DNA of 64,000 nucleotides from Thermoanaerobaculia bacterium (GTDB taxonomy: Bacteria > Acidobacteriota > Thermoanaerobaculia > Multivoradales > Multivoraceae). Of the stretch, positions 26,512 through 35,781 are shown one piece after another. The translations under genes were made by a program, and so were the position numbers. Position 1 is the stretch's first letter; each line of letters starts with the position of its first letter. The stretch is from positions 736,001 to 800,000 of the forward strand of contig OY762911.1 in the NCBI GenBank assembly GCA_963666565.1, given 5' to 3'. The notes under the pieces were generated by a model that searched no databases, had not been told where the DNA came from, and was given only the letters and a program-made list of their open reading frames with translations.

Positions 26512-27786
26512 CTAGGGGCTGCACTTGAGCGCCATGGTGTCGGTCTGGGTGACCGCGGACTCTCCCTGCTTGTTGTGGTACGACCAGGCCCGGTTCCTTC
26601 CGTCGCTGACGTAGAGGTTGAAGGCCACGTCGGTCGCCGCCGCCATGAACACCCAGCGGTAACCGTTCTCCTTGCAGCCGTCGAGGACCTTGACCAGGAC
26701 CTCCGGGTTGTCCGAACCGAAGAACCAGAGCAGGCCGCCCTTGGTCGACTTGTAGATGCCGGCCTTGGCCTCGCCCAGCGTGCCCGCGGCCGTCTCGTAG
26801 CAGAGGCTTACCCGGTTGTCGCCGTCGAAGACGAGCGGCGCCACCGTGGGAACGCAGTCCGTGTAGCCCTCGCCGGTGGGCGGGCGGGTCAGCGGCCCGT
26901 GGGGCGGGACGTTGTCCGGCGGCGGCGGCTCGGGATCGGGGTCGGGGTCGGGGTCCGGATCGGGGGTCGTCGTGTCGTGAGGCGACTCGTCGACCGTCAT
27001 CCGGATGCCGTATGCCTTGAGATTGGTGCCAGTACGCGCGTTGCTCCAGGAAGTCCAGTCGGCTTCGCTTCCCGTACGGGTTCGCTTCCGCAGGTACGTC
27101 TCGTAGTCCGGCTCCGTGTCGGCGTCGTTGCCGTCGGTCGGCCGCGGATCCGTCGCGGTGAACCGGTCCTCGCCGAGGCGCTTCTTGTACTCGGCCCGCC
27201 AGGCGATGCCGGCCCAGATCGGGCCCCGCCTGAGTTCTAGTCCGGTCAGGGGTTCGCCCAACGCTTCGCACAGCAGCTCCCCCGCGGTCTCGATCGTGGT
27301 CCTTACGTCGTAGCTCGGGCGCCGCGGCGTCCCGATGTCGCCGCTCTTGTCCTCGTAGAAGGTCAACCTGTACACCAAGTCACGGATCCCGACCGTTGAA
27401 GGACGCTCGAAGCACACGGTGACGCTGTGCAGGTCGGCGGCCGGGTCGATGACGAACCTCTGGGCCACCTCCTGCTCGAAGGACTGGTTGCCGGAGAAGA
27501 ACGGCAGGGCCAGGTTCTCGAAGGCGCCGCCACGGAAGTGGTCGTCGTAGTAGTACGTGGCCAGGTCGTGGGTTGCCTGAACGACGCCGGTCGGCGCGTC
27601 GATCTCCTGGACCCGCACCGCGGTCTTCGCCTCCCGCGGAGCGGAGGGGCTCCCCCCGCGGCCGAAGACCTGGTCCGGGTCCAGGAGGTCGATTCCGCTC
27701 TGTGCCGCCAGCGGCGCCGCGGCGAGCGCCAGCAGGCTCGTCAGGCAGATCAGGCGTCGAAGGGTGCGGCGATTGCTCTGTTCCAT
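26512..27786 (-). CDS. Secreted paralog of 24910-26262 with Cys-rich C-terminal domain
   Basis: Signal peptide, YYYDD..FE, QEVAQRF, YGIRM, PD linker, WFFGSDNPEVLVKVLDGC; start taken as ATG 27786. Confidence 0.85.
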   Translation of the reverse strand: MEQSNRRTLRRLICLTSLLALAAAPLAAQSGIDLLDPDQVFGRGGSPSAPREAKTAVRVQEIDAPTGVVQATHDLATYYYDDHFRGGAFENLALPFFSGNQSFEQEVAQRFVIDPAADLHSVTVCFERPSTVGIRDLVYRLTFYEDKSGDIGTPRRPSYDVRTTIETAGELLCEALGEPLTGLELRRGPIWAGIAWRAEYKKRLGEDRFTATDPRPTDGNDADTEPDYETYLRKRTRTGSEADWTSWSNARTGTNLKAYGIRMTVDESPHDTTTPDPDPDPDPDPEPPPPDNVPPHGPLTRPPTGEGYTDCVPTVAPLVFDGDNRVSLCYETAAGTLGEAKAGIYKSTKGGLLWFFGSDNPEVLVKVLDGCKENGYRWVFMAAATDVAFNLYVSDGRNRAWSYHNKQGESAVTQTDTMALKCSP

Positions 27787-28001
27787 GGTGGTTCTTCCCT
27801 TTTCCGGTCGAGCTGCTCGGCTCGGTGTATGGAGGAGGCGGGCTACTGCCACCTAGCCTACGCCCAACTCATAGCGAAAAGCAAATCTGAGGCGCATCCG
27901 ATCCCGGGATGAACCGTCGCCCCGGGCCGGCGGCGCTCGCCGCCCGGCCGAGGGGCGCGCCAGCCCGGCGACGGCGCCGAAACCGGCGGCGCCGCCACGC
28001 G

Positions 28002-28037
28002 AAAATGGGGCGGCAGGCTGAAAGCCTGCCGCCCCGG
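28002..28037 (-). terminator. Strong hairpin, probable terminator for the 28228-29406 transcript
   Basis: GGGGCGGCAGGCT-TTC-AGCCTGCCGCCCC followed by ATTTT on the minus strand. Confidence 0.6.
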
Positions 28038-28227
28038 CGAAGGTTGGCAGCGACGAAAGAGCGGGTTTAGCGCAAATCGCCACTTAGGATTTTCGTTTGG
28101 ACAGACGGCCTAAGCTTGGACCTCCATCGCTGCCTGGCGGCCTTCCGGAGCAAGGAGCGGGATGCTGATGATCACCCTGCGATACCTCCGGAACGGCTGC
28201 CTCGGTTCCTTCCTGATCCCCGCTTCC

Positions 28228-29406
28228 CTACCTGTCGGTCGGGAACGGGTTGTCCGGCACGAGCTCCTGGCCCATGTTGGCCGCTGCGGCGCCAGGACAC
28301 CCGACACTGAGCATCCGCTTGCCCGCCTTCGGCTTCGGGAGCGTCTCGTTGACGCCGTCCGAGCGAGCAGTCGGCGTGCCCGTGATCTCAAGCATGGCTA
28401 CCTTCTTGCTGCTGGACTGGCAGTAGGTCTCGCTCGCCGTGGCGGCGTGCTGGATGGTCAGGGTATTGCTGTCAAGCGCGATACCGGCATCCACGAGATC
28501 CTGGCCGGTGCCGGGAGTCGCGTTGGTGACCCTGACCGTCCAAGTCGCGGCAAACCCGGTAGCCGTGGGGCTGATCGGGTGCCCAAGCAGCATCTCCGCA
28601 CTCGTTGGCCCGTCGGCGTTCGCAGCCGAGATGTGGCCGGTGCCGTTGCCCCAAAGCGACAGAGTGATGTTGTAGTCACCCCCAGCGAGTTCGCTGGCGT
28701 TCCGGTCCACCGAAGCGCCCACGTCGTCGATCACGCCGCCCGTCTGACCGCCGGTCGTCTGAGCCCTCATGCCGACGACCGTGCCGCCGTCGCCCATCAT
28801 GCAGTTGGAGTCGACCTGGCTGACCGCAGAGCCCGTGACCCTGGCGCCGCAACGCGGCGCAGGATCGTCCGGCTTGACCGGCAGGATGTGCGAGACGATG
28901 CCGACGCGGCCGGTGCTCTTCTGCTTGATGTAGCTGGCGGTAGCGCCCTCCGTCACCTCGAAGTCGTCTCCACCGGGATTGGCGGCCTTGGTCGCCGCGT
29001 TGCCCATCGCATCCTTGGGGAGGAGGTTGGCCACGGCCGTGTTCATGTCGTCCGTGATCCAGTACCAGCCGCCGTCCATGAGCCCCTGGACCTCGACCGA
29101 GCCGCCGTCCTTGGCGTGGCAGGAAAGGCCGTTGTCGTCCGTGAGCGCCTGGGTCGCGAGGTCGCCGTCGAGCGTTGCATCGCCCGAAGTGGAGACGCTG
29201 CCGCAGGTGACGACGAAGGTCACCTTGTCGGCGCCCTTGGCCTTCATCCCGACGAAGCCGCCCTCGCCCTTGAAGACCTGGGTGACGTGGCAGTCGGCAT
29301 CCGGGCAGGCGACCGAGATCTTCGCGGGATCCGCGACGCCGGCCTGACCGAAGGCCATGGTGGTAGCCGCGCCGATCAACAGCGCGAACATGAGATAGTT
29401 CTTCAC
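28228..29406 (-). CDS. Secreted Cys/Thr/Gly-rich protein, candidate major surface protein
   Basis: AAAGGAG RBS, MKNYLMFALLIGAATTMAFG signal peptide, multiple Cys; no family recognised. Confidence 0.75.
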   Translation of the reverse strand: MKNYLMFALLIGAATTMAFGQAGVADPAKISVACPDADCHVTQVFKGEGGFVGMKAKGADKVTFVVTCGSVSTSGDATLDGDLATQALTDDNGLSCHAKDGGSVEVQGLMDGGWYWITDDMNTAVANLLPKDAMGNAATKAANPGGDDFEVTEGATASYIKQKSTGRVGIVSHILPVKPDDPAPRCGARVTGSAVSQVDSNCMMGDGGTVVGMRAQTTGGQTGGVIDDVGASVDRNASELAGGDYNITLSLWGNGTGHISAANADGPTSAEMLLGHPISPTATGFAATWTVRVTNATPGTGQDLVDAGIALDSNTLTIQHAATASETYCQSSSKKVAMLEITGTPTARSDGVNETLPKPKAGKRMLSVGCPGAAAANMGQELVPDNPFPTDR

Positions 29407-29691
29407 TTGTTCTCCTTTGTACCGGCGCGGTTCCGCGCCGGTTCACCCGGGGCTATCAACCCCTGTTCAAGATGGCGGAAGGAGGAGTCCCCCCGCCTTA
29501 GACTGTCTCTTCAACCAATCCGGCGGACAGCCGCCGAATTGCCTGCTCAGGCTCGCATCACCTCCAGGATAAAGGATGCCTTGGTCTTCATTCGCTCCAA
29601 GTTTCAGGTCCAACCCCGCAACCCCGCTCAGGCGCTCCAACGAAGCGGAGAACCGAAGGGGAGTCTTCGCGCTGAACCCGTCGTGCTCGGC

Positions 29692-29721
29692 ACGCTACTC
29701 CGCCACCGGGGGTGTTGTCAA
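29692..29721 (-). promoter_or_regulatory. sigma70-type promoter
   Basis: TTGACA (29721-29716), 18-bp spacer, TAGCGT (29697-29692). Confidence 0.6.
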
Positions 29722-29834
29722 GTCCTCTTGTCTCGCATCTTGCCCGCGAAGGCGATCTGCACCGCGACGCCGCCCGGATGCGGGTCGGAAGACCCGCGCA
29801 CCCAGCAGGGCGGGTCGGAAGACCCGCGCACCGG

Positions 29835-31385
29835 TTACGGCGCCGCGCAGGCGAACGCCTCCTTGTCCTGCACCGGCAGGAACCGCGTGCCGGCGGGGTT
29901 CTCGTACGTCCGCTCCAGGCCGGTTTCGGTGTCGGTGACGGTCATCGTCACGCCGACGTCGGTCAGGCCGGCCGCGTACACCCAGCGGTGGCCGTTCAGG
30001 GCGCAGCCGTCCAGCACCTTGAGCACCATCTCGACGTTGCTCGGCTCGAAGAACCAGTAGAGGCCGGTGTCTCCGGTCAGCGGCCAGGAGACGGCGCCGC
30101 CCGTCTCGCCGTCCGGCTTCGCCCAGGAGGCGCGCACGGCGTAGCGGCCGTTCTCGAGGCACAGCGTCCGGTCGTCCGGCTCGCACTCGCCGGCGTCGCC
30201 GGCGGAGTGCGAGGCCGCGGCGGCCCGGAACGGCGCCGGCGCCTCGTCCGGCGGCTCGAACGCGACCGCCGCGGGGTCCGTGCCGTCAGCTGCCCGCCGA
30301 AACGCAGGCGCACCGGCGGTCGTCGCGCTTCCGCCGCGCACGGCCTCCAGTTCGTCCGCCGCGAGCAGGTACCGGCTCTCGCCGTACAGGTTGGTCCCCT
30401 GCGGACAGACGGCGAACGTCTCCTGGTCCTGGACCGGCTGGAAGGCGGCCCCCGGCGGGTTGTAGTAGGTGGCGGCGACGCCGGTCTCCGAGTCGATCAC
30501 CTTCATGACGACCTTCACGTCCGTCAGGCCGCCGGCGAACACCCAGTAGCGCTGGTTGAAGGCGCAGCCGTCCAGGACCTTGACCAGGACCTCGACGTTC
30601 TCCGCGTTGAAGAACCAGACGTAGCCCGTGTCGTTCGTCAACGGCACCGCCGAGCCGGCGCCGCCGTCGGCCGCGGCCTCCCACTGGAGCTCGACCCGGA
30701 AACGGCCCCGGTTCAGGCAGATCGTTCCGCCGTCGTCCATGCACTCGCCGACCTCGGCGAGCGTCGTCGCGCCGACTTCGGGCGTGGGGGCCGAGCGGCC
30801 GCGGTTGTTCACCGCGACGACCTGGTAGGCGCGGAAGGTGGCGGGCGGGATGTTCTCGATGACGAGCGAGGTCGTGTTCGCCGGCAGGGTGGCGATCCGC
30901 ATGAACTCGCTGTCGACCATCCGCTCGTGGATCTCGAAGCCCGTCTCGTCGCCGGAACGGTCCTGCCAGCGGAGCTCCAGTTCCGTCTGGCCGATGGCGG
31001 TGACGGTCAGGTCGATCGGCGAGGCCGGGCCCACCGGGCCCACCGGGCCGGTCAGGGGATAGAGGACGCGCACCGCGTTGCGGTCGTCGCGGTTGAGCGC
31101 CGCGCCCCGGCCGTCGCCGTGGGCGAGGGCGCGCATGATCGCCTCGTCGTTCAGCTCGTTGCACGAGGCGCTCGCATCGTCGCCGCAGGAGTGGCCGATG
31201 CCGAGGACGTGGCCCAGTTCGTGGGCCATGATCTCCTCGTGGTCGCGGCGCGGGTTGTCGAAATTGCGCCAGCGAAGGGGAGTGCCGGGTTGCTCGCAGC
31301 CGGCGCCCACGCGGAGCAGGTTGTACGGCGAGACGATGGCCGTGAGGTCCCCGGCAAGGTCCGTCGAGGGCAGGCCGCCGCCAGC
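29835..31385 (-). pseudogene. Deletion derivative of 32860-35673 (HExxH remnant, FN3, two C-terminal domains)
   Basis: Near-identical 3' portion; two internal deletions, a frameshift near 31370 and no signal peptide. Confidence 0.8.
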
Positions 31386-31525
31386 CGCCGGCAGCCGGCG
31401 CCGAGCGCCGTCTGCCGCTCCCGGAAACCTACCCCGGGCCGGATCGGAATCGACCCTCTCTACCGGGCCTGTTCACGATCATCTCTGTACTGGAAAACAC
31501 TATCCGCCGAGAAGTCGGCAGTGCT

Positions 31526-31789
31526 TCAGTTTGAGGAGGAGCCGCCCATCTGAAGACGTTCCAAGTGTTGAATCCGGTCGCCAAAGCCGTCCAGATCGCG
31601 GCGCAAGTCCTCCTTCAAGTCGGTGAACCGGCTGTTGAAGGACACCGTCACGAAGGTCAGCCAGAGCACGAGGATCAGGCCAATGATCGAGAGTAGGCCA
31701 GGAACAACAGCCCGCTGTAGTCGGCCCCTGGCCGTCTCTCCAGGCCCGATCTGCGGTCGCTTCCCCTGGTCCGGGACGGCATCTGTCAT
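31526..31789 (-). CDS. Small membrane protein (TM helix plus coiled coil)
   Basis: LLSIIGLILVLWLTFVTV then FTDLKEDLRRDLDGFGDRIQHLERL; starts 3 bp after the upstream ORF ends. Confidence 0.65.
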   Translation of the reverse strand: MTDAVPDQGKRPQIGPGETARGRLQRAVVPGLLSIIGLILVLWLTFVTVSFNSRFTDLKEDLRRDLDGFGDRIQHLERLQMGGSSSN

Positions 31790-31792
31790 GGG

Positions 31793-32083
31793 CTAAGACT
31801 GGGCTTCCGAGAGCCAAGTCCAGAGCTTGCCGTCCGTGTAGCCCGAGTAGGCGGAGTTGAGCTTGAAGACGACGCCGGACACGGTTCTGTCCTTGCCCTT
31901 GATGCCAGCGGTTTCCGCCGTGCCGTTCGTCGTCGCGCTCAAGGGCACCGCGACGAGGGTCATTCCGCCAGCCAACTCATAGACGTTGTCGCCCCCATAC
32001 TCTCGCTTCAGGCGAGACACGACCTCAGCGGCCGCTCTACGTCCTTCCTTGTCCAGCGCTACGGCGAACACCTTCTTGTCCAT
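31793..32083 (-). CDS. Small hypothetical protein, Cas2/SinR-like ferredoxin-fold candidate
   Basis: GGGAGA RBS; beta-alpha-beta pattern; C-terminal YSGY....LWTWL. The fold call is inference. Confidence 0.6.
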   Translation of the reverse strand: MDKKVFAVALDKEGRRAAAEVVSRLKREYGGDNVYELAGGMTLVAVPLSATTNGTAETAGIKGKDRTVSGVVFKLNSAYSGYTDGKLWTWLSEAQS

Positions 32084-32140
32084 GTCTTCTCCCTTGCACC
32101 TCCCGTGTAAACGCCCAAGTCTAGCCGTGGATCAGGCTCT

Positions 32141-32211
32141 GGGGAGCATCTCCGGTGGACTGCCGTGGGCTACGCATCCGCCGACGAGGGGTTCGATTCG
32201 CTGGCTCTCCA
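32141..32211 (+). ncRNA. Degenerate tRNA-like element, anticodon loop CTACGCA
   Basis: GGGGAGC/GCTCTCC-A acceptor with G3:U70, GTGGG/TCCGC stem, GGTTCGATTC T loop; weak T stem, short D region, no CCA. Confidence 0.5.
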
Positions 32212-32859
32212 CGCCCCGCGCCAAAAGCGTCGGCGCAGACAGTCGATCTAAGCTGAGACAGCCACCTTGGACGCCTTCTTCGGCGCGTCATCGGGCCGGT
32301 CGCCGGCCGCGACGTCGGCGACGACATTGCGACGGCGCTTCTCCCTGTTCGGTCCAGATGTCATCGGCTCTCTCACCGATGCCGCCGCAGCAATATAGAC
32401 ACCTCCTTGCTCTGGCTGAGCAACTAGAGTGTAGCCGACTCCAAACCGTCGGCCAACACCCTGGACGTTCCATTGCTGATCGCAGTAGCCGTTGCTGCCG
32501 AGGCGACGGTGACGCAACCAGACGCGCCCCCGGGAGAAGGGGCCGGAGCGGATCTCGACCGACCTGGCCTTCCAGAGCGGGACGATTCTCTGCCTCGACC
32601 TTCTGCCTCGACGGCCCCACGCGCGTCCACAGTCGGCAACGCGGCCGAACCCAAGACTGCGTGAGCGGCCAAGCACCGAGGAGAGCAGCGCCTTCGGGCT
32701 GGGCGAGGAGATCGGGCGCACTAAACTGAGACACTACAGAGAAACTCACCCCAGCTGGCCAGCCACCCGTGGACCAGTCCGTGCTCCCGCAATCGGGCGC
32801 ACCGATTTCGGATCCGCGCACCCAGCAGGGCGGGTCGGAAGACCCGCGCACCCAGTGAG

Positions 32860-35610
32860 TTACGGCGCCGCGCAGGCGAACGCCTTCTTGTCCTGCACCG
32901 GCAGGAAGCGGGTGCCGGCGGGGTTCTCGTACGTCTTCGCCTCGCCGGTCTCGGTGTCGGTGACGGTCATCGTCACGCCGACGTCCGTCAGGCCGGCGGC
33001 GAACACCCAGCGGTGGCCGTTCAGCGCGCAGCCGTCCAGCACCTTCAGGACCATCTCCACGTTGCTCGGCTCGAAGAACCAGTAGAGCCCCGTGTCTCCG
33101 GTCAGCGGCCAGGAGACCGCGTCGCCCGTCTCACCGTCCGGTTTCGCCCAGGAGGCGCGGACGGCGTAGCGGCCGTTCTCGAGGCACAGCGTCCGGTCGT
33201 CCGGCTCGCACTCGCCGGCGTCCGAGGCCGCGACTGCCCGGAACGGCGGCGGCGCCTCGGACGGCAGCTCGAGCGCGACGGCCGCGCGGTTCGTGCCGCC
33301 GCGCACGGCCTCCAGCTCGTCCGCCGCCAGCAGGTACCGGCTCTCGCCGTACAGGTTGGTTCCCTGCGGACAGACGGCGAACGTCTCCTGGTCCTGGACC
33401 GGCTGGAAGGCGGCCCCCGGCGGGTTGTAGTAGGTGGCGGCGACGCCGGTCTCCGAGTCGATCACCTTCATGACGACCTTCACGTCCGTCAGGCCGCCGG
33501 CGAACACCCAGTAGCGCTGGTTGAACGCGCAGCCGTCCAGGACCTTGACCAGGACCTCGACGTTCTCCGCGTTGAAGAACCAGACGAAGCCCGTGTCGTT
33601 CGTCAGCGGCACGGCCGAACCGGCGCCGCCGTCGACCGCCGCCTGCCACTGGAGTTCCACCCGGAAACGCCCCTGGTTCAGGCACACCGTGTCGCCGTCG
33701 GCCACGCACTCCCCGACCTCGGCGAGCGTCGTCGCGCCGACTTCGGGCGTGGGCGCCGAACTGCCGCGGTCGTTCACGGCGACGACCTGGTAGGCGCGGA
33801 AGGTGGCGGGCGGGATGTTCTCGATGACGATCGACGTCGTGTTCGCGGGCAAGGTCGCGATCCGCATGAACTCGCTGTCGACCATCCGCTCGTGGATCTC
33901 GAAGCCCGTCTCGTCGCCGGAACGGTCCTGCCAGCGGAGCTCCAGTTCCGTCTGGCCGATGGCGGTGACGGTCAGGTCGATCGGCGAGGCCGGGCCCACC
34001 GGGCCCACCGGGCCGGTCAGGGGATAGAGGACGCGCACCGCGTTGCGGTCGTCGCGGTTGAGCGCCGCGCCCCGGCCGTCGCCGTGGGCGAGGGCGCGCA
34101 TGATCGCCTCGTCGGTCAGCTCGTTGCACGAGCTGTTCGCCTCGTCGCCGCAGGAGTGGCCGATGCCGAGGACGTGGCCCAGTTCGTGGGCCATGATCTC
34201 CTCGTGGTTCCGGCGCGGGTTCGCGCTGCCGGCAAGCCACTCGCCGTAGCCGTCCTGGGTCGCGATGTTGGCCTCCACCAGTTCGTAGGCCTCCGTCCGG
34301 CGGCCTCCGGGGATCGGATGCGGGGGATTGGCGGCGTCGCAGTAGGCGTAGGCGATGGTGATGGCCAGGATGCCCCCGACCTCCGGATCGAACGAGCCCG
34401 GGATCTCGTCGGCCGGATCCTCGAAGCCGATCCTGTTCTCGCCGTCGGGTTGGAGCGTGAACTCCTCGTCCGTCAGACCGCTCCGGACCAGATGCACGCG
34501 GCTCCGCGGATCCCCGTTCCAGGCTCTCATGCCGGCAAGCACCTGCGACCTGCCCGCGCTTGGCGCTCCCGGCTGGCCGCCGGCCTGGACCACGAGATCC
34601 AGGCTGTCGCCGCGGTCGAAGTTGCGCCAGCGAAGGGGAGTGCCGGGTTGCTCGCAGCCGGCGCCCACGCGGAGCAGGTTGTACGGCGAGACGACCGCCG
34701 CGGGGTCCTCCCCCAAGTCCGTGGCGAAGTAGTCCGCCGGCTGCTCCCGGCCGGCCGCGCGGTCGGCGATCCAGCGCCGGAACGGCGCGGCGTGACGCGG
34801 CAGGCGCGCCAGGCGCCGGGCCTCGGCGTGGGGGTCGGCGGGCCGCGCATGAGGGCCGGAAGAGCCGCTCGCCCAGTGCGCCGGCGCCTCGCCATGGAGC
34901 GACGGCTCGCGCATGAGCAGGGTCCGGGCGCCCGACCGCACCTCGAAGAACATGCCGAGCGCGAGTTCCACGGTGCGGTAGACGCCCTCGACCGGATCGA
35001 GGAAGAGCAGCGCCCGGTCGCCCTCGACGAGGTCGGGCAGGCCCATGACCCGCGCCGCGATGCCGCCCGGGCCCATGCCGCCGGGCTGGCGGACGACGAT
35101 CGTGCCGCCGGGGACGAAGCCCTTGAGCACTTCCTCGACCTGGAACATGAAGTCGGTCGAGGGCAGGCCGTCGGCCGGCGAGGGCTCGGCGGCCAGGACT
35201 TCGCCGAAGACGATGACGGGCGAGCGGTCGACGAGGGCGGCGTCGGTGGGGAGGACGTAGACGAGGGCTTGGGCGGCGGAGGCGGCGAGGAGCAGCGCGG
35301 CGGCGGCCAGAAGAACCGACGGGCTTCGCCCGGCGAGTTGTTGCCGCCTTCGGCGGGAGCGGGTCGGAAGACCCGCGCACCCGGCGGCCAGAATGGACGG
35401 GCTTCGCCCGGCGAGTTGGTGCCGCCTTCGGCGGGGGCGGGTCGGAAGACCCGCGCACCCGGTGGTCAGAATGGACGGGCTTCGCCCGGCGGGTTGTTGC
35501 CGCCTTCGGCGGATGCGGGTCACAGGACCCGCGCACCCAGTGGGACCAGCGCACGCGGTGGGATCCGCGCGGCGGCAGAGAAGAATGGCGATGAACCGAT
35601 GCGTGGGCAT
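32860..35610 (-). CDS. Secreted metzincin-like metalloprotease + FN3 + two Cys-rich C-terminal domains
   Basis: HELGHVLGIGH, AIMR, LELRWQDRSGDETGF (FN3), CLNQGRFRV...WFFNAENVEVLVKVLDGC domain twice; start uncertain. Confidence 0.88.
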   Translation of the reverse strand: MPTHRFIAILLCRRADPTACAGPTGCAGPVTRIRRRRQQPAGRSPSILTTGCAGLPTRPRRRRHQLAGRSPSILAAGCAGLPTRSRRRRQQLAGRSPSVLLAAAALLLAASAAQALVYVLPTDAALVDRSPVIVFGEVLAAEPSPADGLPSTDFMFQVEEVLKGFVPGGTIVVRQPGGMGPGGIAARVMGLPDLVEGDRALLFLDPVEGVYRTVELALGMFFEVRSGARTLLMREPSLHGEAPAHWASGSSGPHARPADPHAEARRLARLPRHAAPFRRWIADRAAGREQPADYFATDLGEDPAAVVSPYNLLRVGAGCEQPGTPLRWRNFDRGDSLDLVVQAGGQPGAPSAGRSQVLAGMRAWNGDPRSRVHLVRSGLTDEEFTLQPDGENRIGFEDPADEIPGSFDPEVGGILAITIAYAYCDAANPPHPIPGGRRTEAYELVEANIATQDGYGEWLAGSANPRRNHEEIMAHELGHVLGIGHSCGDEANSSCNELTDEAIMRALAHGDGRGAALNRDDRNAVRVLYPLTGPVGPVGPASPIDLTVTAIGQTELELRWQDRSGDETGFEIHERMVDSEFMRIATLPANTTSIVIENIPPATFRAYQVVAVNDRGSSAPTPEVGATTLAEVGECVADGDTVCLNQGRFRVELQWQAAVDGGAGSAVPLTNDTGFVWFFNAENVEVLVKVLDGCAFNQRYWVFAGGLTDVKVVMKVIDSETGVAATYYNPPGAAFQPVQDQETFAVCPQGTNLYGESRYLLAADELEAVRGGTNRAAVALELPSEAPPPFRAVAASDAGECEPDDRTLCLENGRYAVRASWAKPDGETGDAVSWPLTGDTGLYWFFEPSNVEMVLKVLDGCALNGHRWVFAAGLTDVGVTMTVTDTETGEAKTYENPAGTRFLPVQDKKAFACAAP
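35318..35545. repeat. 3 x 78-bp REP-plus-hairpin units in frame ahead of the signal h-region
   Basis: Units at 35318, 35396 and 35474; peptide [22 protein letters not shown]. Confidence 0.9.
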
Positions 35611-35781
35611 GGCGAAGCCCGTCGCCCTGGATGGAGGGGCGAGGGGAAAGCGCGCGGATTCTAGCATCCTCAAGGGGTTTCGCGCCGTTGCCGTTCGTGC
35701 GGGTCGGTCACCCGCGTCCCAGCGTCAGCCGTTCGGAGGAAGTACAGGCTTCAACGCGTTCCGGCGGGGCGGGATTCCCGC

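Noticed and set aside
32141-32400. tmRNA (Ala-like acceptor plus a peptide ending VAVSA)
   Set aside because: The tRNA-like part and the peptide are on opposite strands, and the acceptor halves are only about 70 nt apart.
32420-32455. tRNA-Trp (CTCCAAA loop)
   Set aside because: No acceptor stem or T arm; better explained as a minus-strand hairpin.
29835-34210. Near-identical gene pair as a DGR template/variable repeat
   Set aside because: No reverse transcriptase in the window and the differences are not adenine-specific.
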